From positions 435,612,001 to 435,676,000 of the forward strand of contig OZ024740.1 in the NCBI GenBank assembly GCA_964016885.1: 64,000 nt of DNA, read 5' to 3'. This stretch comes from Eledone cirrhosa (lineage: Eukaryota). Position numbers and translations under genes: made by a program. The notes under the pieces were generated by a model, which saw nothing but the letters and a program-made list of their open reading frames with translations, ran no database searches and had not been told where the DNA came from. Below, in pieces: positions 53,340-64,000 of this stretch. The stretch's first letter is position 1; every line of letters begins with the position of its first letter.

Positions 53340-54200
53340 AATAATGAAATTATTGTGTACAGTGTTCAGGTGCACTACAACTCGTCAAAGGTGCATGTAT
53401 AGTACATAGAATAATATACAAATGTCAGGGAAGTGAATAGTGTATGAGTCATGATATATATGTGTGCATGTATATGGAGGGGGATATTAGGTGTAGTGTT
53501 GGTGAATCTCAGGAAGCATGGAGGTTTTAAAGGATGCAGTGTCTCGACAGTTAACAACTGATGTAGGTAGTTTGTTCCATGGAGGTTTTAAAGGATGCAG
53601 TGTCTCGACAGTTAACAACTGATGCAGGGAGCTTGTTCCATGCTTCAGCAATGCTGAGCGTGAAAAAATGTTTCCGAAAGTCATGGGAGCTGTGCTGTTT
53701 TCTGACTTTGTGGGCATGTCCACGGGTGTTAGACTCATGGAAATCAAAAAGGTACTCAGGGTTGTTGTTGGCAAGATGGTTAATAATTTTGTGGGTGTTT
53801 TACAAGTGTTTTACAAGGGTGTTTGCCAGGCGTCGGAGCTTCAATGTATCCATACTCAGGGAAGCAAGGCATTCAGAGTATGGTAGATGCCTGATGGAGG
53901 GTATTCGCTTGGTTGCATGTCTCTGAATAATTTCTAGGAGGCCAATATTCTGAGCAAGATAGGGGTTCCAGACTGGTGATGCAAATTCTAAGTGTGGCCG
54001 CACCATAGCTATATACAGCTTTAAATAGATAGCTGGAGAGCGGCTGACAAAGGTCTTGCTGAGTGATGCTAAGACACCCTCAGCCTTCTTGACAATTTTG
54101 GAGACGTGCTTCGTCCAACGCAAATCGCTGCTGACAGTAAAGCCCAGGGCACGTTCACAAGAAGTCTTCTTGATATTAGTGTTGTACAGTTTTATTTTAT
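53340..54200 (-). mobile_element. CR1-group LINE 3' fragment, frameshifted, with an internal 61-bp duplication
   Basis: LGFTVSSDLRWTKHV...LKLYIAMVRPHLEFASPVWNPY...IQRHATKRIPSIRHLPYSE...WNKLPTSVVNC; (AAT)-rich tail. Confidence 0.9.
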
Positions 54201-54289
54201 TAGTTTTAGTGTTCTGGACTGTGGCCATGATGGATTGTCATACTTAAGAGTTTGGGGAAATTATTTCAAACTCTATATTTTTGTTTAAG

Positions 54290-54462
54290 AGGTGCCTACT
54301 GACTGTAGGTTTCGCTTTGTACATAGGCAAGGTGGTTCTTCTGTATTACTGCATAGCGCCAAAGATCTCGGTCCAGTGACATTGTCTTAGAGAGGTGCAA
54401 GTGTTTATCAAATCGTCCCAGGTTTTTCTGGGTCTGCCTACTCCGTAACTTCCATCAATTTC
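54290..54462 (-). mobile_element. RTE LINE 3' end remnant
   Basis: tgcctactgactgtagg...ctcggtccagtgacattgtctt...tttttctgggtctgcctactccgt matches 36261-36445. Confidence 0.85.
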
Positions 54463-55159
54463 CTGAAGGTATTTTAGTTTAACACACACTGCTGTATCAC
54501 CACACACACAGACGGACACACACACCTACAGACACACACAGATGGACACACGCACCTACAGACACAGGGCAACACTGACACACGCACACACACACTGACA
54601 CACACACACACTGACACATGCACACACACACTGACACACACAATGGGCTTACACAGTGTTTTCACCTAACAATTATAGGTTGAAAATATTTGTCCAGTGT
54701 TCTGCACAATGAGATTGAACCCACAACCCAGTGGTTACAAAACAAACCATATAACCACTTAGCCTTGTATAGTTATAACTATAAATATTTGATCCTATAT
54801 TTTACTTCTATTGTCCTACAATGATACTCTGTGAAAACTAGAAGAAATTTCTGACATTCTTCTCTGCTAGGTCTTATAGCATTGTACAAGTCCTTGTGTT
54901 CAGGTAATCATCTAACAATATATTAAAATAAAATGATATCCCATAATGAAAGGAAGGCCATATCTTTGATATAGTTAATTGGATCTTTTGCCAGTTAGTC
55001 TCAGAAACTTCACTCTGCTACCAAACTGAAAAAATGATTCATTTCTATTTTTATAAAGATATCGAAATGCTTATTAATTTAAATTTCCCTTTTTTTCAAT
55101 ATCTCCCTCCCCCAATCTATCTATCTATCTAATTGATTCCCTTCTTTAAGTATCACTTT

Positions 55160-55520
55160 AAAAGGAGAACCAGGGTGGAGAGAGAGAGGCACTGCACCCC
55201 AGTAAATTTACTGAAAGGTGGGTGAATGAAGCGAAAATGGCCCGAGTGATTGGGCCTTCTCTGTATATAAACCTGTAGGTTAAAGAAGAGAGCAAAAGGA
55301 AGAAGGGAGCACTTGCACAACACGCTCCTGAAGTTGAGGGTTGTTCTATCGACGGGGTATTAAGCAACCCATTTGTGGCGCCTCCCCCCTATTGGGGATT
55401 TCGATTGGTATAATTGTTTGTTTCAATATTTTTACACGACTGTATGTAAAATTCTCGGCATGTGTCTTTGTATTGTCCCCTTTTCTAGTGCGCCCTTGTG
55501 GCTAATAAAGAAATATATCT
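55160..55520 (+). mobile_element. Probable 3' end of an unclassified retroelement
   Basis: GC/CpG-richer island ending cccttgtggctaataaagaaat followed by (TATC)n low-complexity sequence. Confidence 0.3.
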
Positions 55521-56164
55521 AACTATATAACTACCTATGTTTGTCATCTCTTTGTCTAGCTATCTTCATACCTACCTACCTATCTATCTATCTTCCTACC
55601 TATCTATCTGCCTATTTATCTATCTATATCTATTTGTCTATCTCTCTCTATTTACTTATCACTCCCTATCTATCTGTCTATCACTCTATCTATATACCTA
55701 TTTATCTCTATCACTCTCTACCAATTTATCTATCACTCCCTATCTATATACCTGTCTATCACTCTCTATCTCTCTCTCACTATCTCTATCACAGACTCTC
55801 TCTCAATCTCCTTATCTTTCAACCTATTTATTTTTTTTTTTTAAACTCGCCCCTCTCTCCATCAACCCCACTAAAATTATATAGCAGTTCACATCTAAAG
55901 ATGTTCACCAACTTCTTCCTTAATAAAGCAACATTATCAGAAACACAGAATTGTATTTCTGTTTACCTGATTGTAATTATAGATTAAAGATTTCTCACTA
56001 CTTTACTAGAGTTAAATAAACCTTCACATATTTATCAACCAGTAAATTGTGGTAGCAAAGAAGACATAAAAATGGGGGTCTTAATGGTAAATTGCAAGAT
56101 TTTCTCAATACTCTCGTATTTGTGTTCATGAAGGAACTCTTTTTTTGAAATATTGATTTGTGAA

Positions 56165-56700
56165 ATTATATTCCAAGCTGAATTAAGTGCAAGAATTGCA
56201 GAAGCTGGTGCATTACTGCACCAGCTTCAGCATTCAGTAATCAGAAAGGAGGTAGGTGTAAAAGCCAAACTCACTATCTTCAATTTGGTTTTCGTGCCAA
56301 CCCTTACCTATGGTCATGAATCTTGGGTAATGACTGAAAGAATACGATCGTGAATACAAGCGGCCAAAATGGGGTTCCTCCGAAGTGTCTTTGGAGTAAT
56401 GAGATCAGATAGACTCCAAGTAGAGCTGGTACTTCTCCAAATTGAGTGATCACAACTCTGATACTATGGACATGTGGTTAGAATGTCTCAGGAAAGAATC
56501 ACTGGACAGATTTTGCAGGCAAAACCAACTGGCAGGAGACCCAGGGGTAGACCCCGAGTAAGACAGTTGGCTGGTTTCACTTGGGAATCCAGCCAGATCA
56601 GTTTGAGATGATTGCTTCTGACAGGACCCGCTGGAAGGACTGTTTGAGGACTCTGTTCCCACAACCCTTTCAGGAATGAGTGGGCAAAGAAGATATTCCA
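56165..56700 (+). mobile_element. Degenerate RTE-clade LINE 3' fragment (second family)
   Basis: ELSARIAEAG...KAKLTIFNLVFVPTLTYGHESWVMTERIRS*IQAAKMGFLR; later YGHVVRMSQER and GRRPRGRPR motifs. Confidence 0.85.
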
Positions 56701-57399
56701 AGCCTAAGAGAAAATTATTTTTACAAATGGTCCCGTTTTCTATTTTGGATAATTTATATTAACTGTTAATGTGATGTATCACAGTAAACCGTATTAGCAA
56801 GACAGATGAAATGTATAAAACTGTGACTGCCAGGAACTGTGACAGATAGCATCAGCCATGGCAAGACCAATGGAAACATTGATTCCTTAAACTGATGAGT
56901 TACACCCCACTCAGTGAGGTCTGGGATCTTGTTGATTAATTTGATTGATCACATTAAAAATTAAAGTCTTAACTCTAATACAGCAAATGTTCACAACAAT
57001 CTGCCCACTAGTAAAGATACTACAAACATTTGAGTTAAACTTATTTTTAGATATTTTTGGCTAAATCATTACAGAATGTTAAGTATCACTTGACTTTTGA
57101 ACATCAGTTTTCGGGGTTTCTTTGTTTTTTGTGTTTCTTATTGAGGGTGTGTGGGTACATTGTGTATGTAGGACTAGATTGGTTAATATGTCCTTATTTA
57201 AGCTGGTACAATATGACTTAAAGGGTGTTTGTCTCTATCTCCACCCTTCTCCCTCCCTATCTTGCCCCTCTCCCTCCCTATTTTTTTGCTGGGTTTTTCT
57301 ATACAATTTGTCCAAAATATTTTCATTTTCTCTCTTTGAAAATGGTATTCTTAGTTTTACTATTTTTAGTAACACCTAATCACTGATTGCTCCCAAACA

Positions 57400-60300
57400 C
57401 ATAGTCACACAGCTACAGTCACACACAGATACAGTCACACAGCTACAGTCACACACAGATACAGTCACACAGCTACAGTCACACAGCTACAGTCGCACAC
57501 AGATACAGTCACACAGCTACAGTCACACACAGATACAGTCACACAGCTACAGTCGCACACAGATACAGTCACACAGCTACAGTCACACACAGCTACAGTC
57601 ACACAGCTACAGTCACACACAGATACAGTCACACAGCTACAGTCACACACAGATACAGTCACACACAGATACAGTCACACAGCTACAGTCACAAACAGAT
57701 ACAGTCACACAGCTACAGTCACACACAGATACAGTCACACAGCTACAGTTGCACACAGATACAGTCACACAGCTACAGTCACACACAGATACAGTCACAC
57801 AGCTACAGTCACACACAGCTACAGTCACACACAGATACAGTTGCACACAGATACAGTCACACAGCTACAGTCACACACAGATACAGTCACACAGCTACAG
57901 TCACACATAGATACAGTCACACAGATACAGTCACACACAGATACAGTCACACAGCTACAGTCGCACACAGATACAGTCACACAGCTACAGTCACACAGAT
58001 ACAGTCACACACAGATACAGTCACACAGCTACGGTCACACACAGATACAGTCACACAGCTAGTCACACAGATACAGTCACACAGATACAGTCACATAGCT
58101 ACAGTCACACAGATACAGTCACACAGATACCGTCACACACATACAGTCACACAGATACAGTCACACACATACAGTCACACACATACAGTCACACACATAC
58201 AGTCACACAGATACAGTCACACAGATACAGTCATGCAGCTACAGTCACACAGCTACAGTCGCACACAGATACAGTCACACACAGATACAGTCACACAGCT
58301 ACAGTTGCACACACACACAGTCACACACATACAGTCACACAGATACAGTCATGCAGCTACAGTCACACAGCTACAGTCGCACACAGATACAGTCACACAC
58401 AGATACAGTCACACAGCTACAGTTGCACACACACAGTCACACACATACAGTCACACAGCTAGTCACACAGATACAGTCACACACATACAGTCACACACAG
58501 ATACAGTCACACAGCTACAGTCACACACATACAGTCACACAGCTACAGTCACACAGCTACAGTCACACAGATACAGTCACACAGCTACAGTCACACAGAT
58601 ACAGTCACACAGCTACAGTCACACAGCTACAGTCGCACACAGATACAGTCACACAGCTACAGTCACACAGATACAGTCACAGATACAGTCACACACAGCT
58701 ACAGTCACACACAGATACAGTCACACACACATACAGTCACACACAGATGCAGTCACACACAAATACAGTCACACACAGTCACACTCAGATACAGTCACAC
58801 ACAGATACAGTCACACACAGATACAGTCACACACAGATACAGTCACACACAGATACAGTCACACACAGATATAGTCACACACAGATACAGTCACACAAAT
58901 ACAGTCACACACAGATATCACACTCAGATACAGTCACACACAGATACAGTCACACAGATACAGTCACACACAGATACAGTCACACACAGATACAGTCTCA
59001 CAGATACAGTCACACACAGATACAGTCACACACAGATAAGTCACACACATACAGTCACACAGCTACAGTCACACACAGATACAGTCACCAACAGATGCAG
59101 TCACCAACAGATGCAGTCACACAGATGCAGTCACACACAGATACAGTCACACACAGATACAGTCACAGACAGATACAGTCACACACAGATAGTCACACAC
59201 AGATAGTCACACACAGATACAGTCACACACTGATACAGTCACACACAGATAGTCACACACAGATACAGTCACAAAGATGCAGTCACACACAGATACAGTC
59301 ACACACAAATACAGTCACACACAGATACAGTCACACACACATACAGTCACACACAGATACAGTCACAGATACAGTCAGACAGATACAGTCACACACAGAT
59401 ACAGTCACAAAGATGCAGTCACACACAGATACAGTCACACACTGATGCAGTCACACACAGATACAGTCACAAAGATGCAGTCACACACAGATACAGTTAC
59501 ACACAGATCCAGTCACACACAGATGCAGTCACACACAGATACAGTCACACACAGATACAGTCACACACAGATGCAGTCACACACAGATACAGTCACACAC
59601 AGATACAGTCACACACAGATACAGTCACACACAGATAGTCACATACAGATGCAGTCACACGCACATACAGTCACACGCACATACAGTCACACACAGATAC
59701 AGTCACACACAGATGCAGTCACACACACATACAGTCACACACAGATGCAGTTACACACAGATACAGTCACACACACATACAGTCACACACAAATGCAGTC
59801 ACACACAGATACAGTCACACATAGCTACAGTCACACACAGATACAGTCACATACAGATGCAGTCACACACAGATAGTCACACACAAATACAGTCACACAG
59901 ATACAGTCACACACAGATACAGTCACACACAAATGCAGTCACACACAGATACAGTCACACACAGCTACAGTCACACACAGATACAGTCACACACACAGCT
60001 ACAGTCACACACAGATAGTCACACACAAATGCAGTCACACACAGATACAGTCACACACAATAGTCACACATACATAAGTCACACACAGCTACAGTCACAC
60101 ACAGCTACAGTCACACAGCTACAGTCACACACAGCTACAGCCACACACATACAGTCACACACAGATACAGTCACACACAGCTACAGTCACACACAGATAC
60201 AGTCACACACATACAGTCACACACAGATAAGTCACACACAGATACAGTCACACACAGATACAGTCACACACAGCTACAGTCACACACAGCTACAGTCACA

Positions 60301-60992
60301 CACATACAGTCACACACAGATACAGTCACACACAGCTACAGTCACACACAGATACAGTCACACACATACAGTCACACACAGATACAGTCACACGCAGCTA
60401 CAGTCACACACAGATACAGTCACACACATACAGTCACACACAGATACAGTCACACACAGCTACAGTCACACACAGATACAGTCACACACAGCTACAGTCA
60501 CACACAGATACAGCCACACACAGATACAGTCACACACAGCTACAGTCACACACAGATACAGTCACACACAGATACAGTCACACACAGATACAGTCACACA
60601 CAGCTACAGTCACACACAGCTACAGTCACACACAGATACAGTCACACACAGATACAGTCACACACAGCTACAGTCACACACAGATACAGTTACACACAGA
60701 TACAGTCACACACAGCTACAGTCACACACAGCTACAGTCACACACAGCTAGTCACACACAGCTACAGTCACACACAGCTACAGTCACACACACAGATACA
60801 GTCACACACAGCTACAGTCACACACAGCTACAGTCACACACAGATACAGTCACACACAGCTACAGTCACACACAGCTACAGTCACACACACAGATACAGT
60901 CACACACACAGATACAGTCACACACATACAGTCACACACAGCTACAGTCACACACAGATACAGTCACACACATACAGTCACACACAGATACA
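57400..60992. repeat. 14-16-bp (acagtcacacacagat/gct) satellite
   Basis: Direct; variable CA run length. Confidence 0.95.
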
Positions 60993-61054
60993 TATATACA
61001 CACATATGGAAATATATATATACAGTTGTTGTTTAATGAACCCTGAATTCAAGG

Positions 61055-62407
61055 AGCTATAGTATTCCACCCTCTCACTTTCTATATCTATTCCACCCAT
61101 ACTAACAGCTATAGTATTCCACCCTCTCACTTTCTATATCTATTCCACCCATACTAACAGCTATAGTATTCCACCCTCTCACTTTCTATATCTATTCCAC
61201 CCATACTAACAGCTATAGTATTCCACCCTCTCACTTACTATATCTATTCCACCCATACTAACAGCTATAGTATTCCACCCTCTCACTTTCTATATCTATT
61301 CCACCCATACTAACAGCTATAGTATTCCACCCTCTCACTTTCTATATCTATTCCACCCATACTAACAGCTATAGTATTCCACCCTCTCACTTTCTATATC
61401 TATTCCACCCATACTAACAGCTATAGTATTCCACCCTCTCACTTTCTATATCTATTCCACCCATACTAACAGCTATAGTATTCCACCCTCTCACTTTCTA
61501 TATCTATTCCACCCATACTAACAGCTATAGTATTCCACCCTCTCACTTTCTATATCTATTCCACCCATACTAACAGCTATAGTATTCCACCCTCTCACTT
61601 TCTATATCTATTCCACCCATACTAACAGCTATAGTATTCCACCCTCTCACTTACTATATCTATTCCACCCATACTAACAGCTATAGTATTCCACCCTCTC
61701 ACTTTCTATATCTATTCCACCCATACTAACAGCTATAGTATTCCACCCTCTCACTTTCTATATCTATTCCACCCATACTAACAGCTATAGTATTCCACCC
61801 TCTCACTTTCTATATCTATTCCACCCATACTAACAGCTATAGTATTCCACCCTCTCACTTTCTATATCTATTCCACCCATACTAACAGCTATAGTATTCC
61901 ACCCTCTCACTTTCTATATCTATTCCACCCATACTAACAGCTATAGTATTCCACCCTCTCACTTTCTATATCTATTCCACCCATACTAACAGCTATAGTA
62001 TTCCACCCTCTCACTTTCTATATCTATTCCACCCATACTAACAGCTATAGTATTCCACCCTCTCACTTTCTATATCTATTCCACCCATACTAACAGCTAT
62101 AGTATTCCACCCTCTCACTTTCTATATCTATTCCACCCATACTAACAGCTATAGTATTCCACCCTCTCACTTTCTATATCTATTCCACCCATACTAACAG
62201 CTATAGTATTCCACCCTCTCACTTTCTATATCTATTCCACCCATACTAACAGCTATAGTATTCCACCCTCTCACTTTCTATATCTATTCCACCCATACTA
62301 ACAGCTATAGTATTCCACCCTCTCACTTTCTATATCTATTCCACCCATACTAACAGTTATAGTATTCCACCCTCTCACTTTCTATATCTATTCCACCCAT
62401 ACTAACA
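61055..62407. repeat. 52-bp minisatellite, ~26 nearly identical copies
   Basis: Unit agctatagtattccaccctctcactttctatatctattccacccatactaac. Confidence 0.95.
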
Positions 62408-62492
62408 TAAACATATTTAAATATATTAACAAAGGAAGAAAAGTGACGAGCCTGTTGCGGCATTAACACAAATATTGATCCAGTTTCTTATA

Positions 62493-62532
62493 GTTTTCTG
62501 ACGAAGGGTTTCTCAAGCCGAAATATCAGGAC
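62493..62532 (+). ncRNA. Minimal type I hammerhead ribozyme motif (Penelope-like element remnant)
   Basis: GUUUU-CUGACGA-A-GGGUU ucuc AAGCC-GAAA-UAUC/AGGAC: core boxes CUGANGA and GAAA, imperfect stem II, palindromic AUAU stem III, AUC cleavage triplet, stem I with G-U pairs. Confidence 0.5.
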
Positions 62533-63244
62533 AGGTAAATGAGATGTCACACCAACATCTTTGTTGCCTTCAATTTATTCTGAAATCTAGCATCCATTTT
62601 GTATTGTCGTAGCCTTCATATAACTCACAGCTATCTAAGCTATAATAAAGTAAGGAGTGCTGGACTGCGTCCAGAATATATTTTTTATCCCGTTTGCAGT
62701 TTATATATAATATAGTCTTTTTTAATGTATCATGGATTACTTTGAATAAATAATGAATGAATATTACATAATTTATCTAAATTTCGTTATTCTTAATTAA
62801 ATATAAATAATTTTGTGGCTTAGTTTAAGATTCACTTCTTTAAAATGTTCAAATGTCAACACTTCCGGTTAGCGATCGCTTAAATAAACATTCATATATT
62901 TCCGACACTAATTTTCTCCTAATGCAGTTTATATATAATATCGTCTTTTTTTAATGTATCATGGATTACGTTACTGATTACATAAGACAGTGTAACGCAG
63001 TCTTCCTTCAATTTCCGTGTATATTGTCAATTACGATGTTATTTGATGTATCATATCTACATGTATATATACTTGCATATAATATCAATATATACACTAC
63101 ATAGGATAGCAGAAAACCACCTGCAGGGTGGTTTTCTGCTAGTATATTTCAAGCAAACTACAGCACACTTTTATTTAAGTATTTCTATATTTGTGTCTGT
63201 TTTGTTTTCTAATTTTTCTTGTGTTTTTCTTTGTTTTATTGCAG

Positions 63245-63407
63245 TCTTCAATCCCATTGGAAATAATGTGGGGCAACCACTAAAGGTGCTTCAACCAATG
63301 GCAAGTGACTCTAAAGATTGTTCTGCCTCACTCACTAAACTAACTGTGACAAATCCTGTCAAACCTGAAGACTTAGAGTTGCTTGCCAAGTTAGAGGAAG
63401 CTAACAG
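63245..63407 (+). CDS. EVI5: Exon of an EVI5/EVI5L-like TBC-domain Rab GTPase-activating protein (N-terminal; in-frame ATG at 63298)
   Basis: Long polypyrimidine tract plus ttgcag acceptor, donor AG/gtaaat; VKPEDLELLAKLEEANR resembles vertebrate EVI5 LSPDDLELLAKLEEQNR (recalled, not searched). Confidence 0.85.
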
Positions 63408-63519
63408 GTAAATTTCAGGAATTTTACTCATCTACATCATCATCATACTCATCTAAGTAGGGGTTTTGCAAAATCGGTAGAATGGCCGACAATATTTTTG
63501 CAGTGTGTATATAGTTATG

Positions 63520-63757
63520 TTCCTCTTCTTCACCTACTTATTCCTGAGAATGTTGTAGGGACAGAGTCCTCAAACACTCCCTCCATCAGGTCCTGTCAGA
63601 AGCAACTATCTCAAACTGATCCGGCTGGGTCCCCCAAGCGAGACCAGCCAAGCTCATGGATGTTATCCAACCATCTTGCTTGGGGTTTCCTGCTGGTTGG
63701 TTTTGCCTGAAATATATGTCCAATGATTCTTTCCTGAGACATTCTAACCACATTTTC
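63520..63757 (-). mobile_element. RTE fragment, same family as 56165-56700
   Basis: Reverse complement matches 56470-56700 (gggacagagtcctcaaaca, gtcctgtcagaagcaa, ttcctgagacattctaaccaca). Confidence 0.8.
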
Positions 63758-64000
63758 TTAGTAACGGAGCTGTGGGCTCTCAATTCAGAGAAATAAAAAA
63801 ACTGTAGTCTTTACTCTAACATTACTACCTTAGCTCATCTAACACATTTACCTCTACTCCTACTTTGTATCACAATCTCACCACACCGCACCGCGCCGCA
63901 ACCACACTACAACCACACTAGAATTGCACCACACTACACAACTGCACCACACTACATTACAACTGCACCACACTACACTGAAGACTTTTCTCAATTCTTC

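Noticed and set aside
57465-60751. HTDTVT/QSH repeat ORFs
   Set aside because: Derived from the 14-16-bp satellite.

Overview
AT-rich eukaryotic DNA, most likely from an octopod cephalopod (inferred from the tRNA-SINE families, RTE and CR1-group LINEs and the microsatellite load). About 37 kb of the 64 kb is tandem DNA, in roughly 17 unrelated minisatellite arrays with units of 14-66 bp. The rest is mostly SINEs, 5'-truncated LINE fragments (RTE, CR1/L2-group, one CRE-type), a TA-flanked MITE and two foldback inverted repeats. The only recognisable host coding sequence is a + strand exon at 63245-63407 matching the N-terminus of the Rab-GAP EVI5/EVI5L. A Penelope-type minimal hammerhead ribozyme motif lies about 700 bp upstream of it. 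Main pattern: many arrays are local amplifications of short segments of retroelements (SINE Pol III A-box heads, SINE cores, LINE 3' ends, a SINE target-site duplication). Single-copy progenitors and 2-copy intermediates bounded by 4-7 nt microhomologies are visible in the same window. Nearly all long ORFs in the track are artefacts of the repeats.
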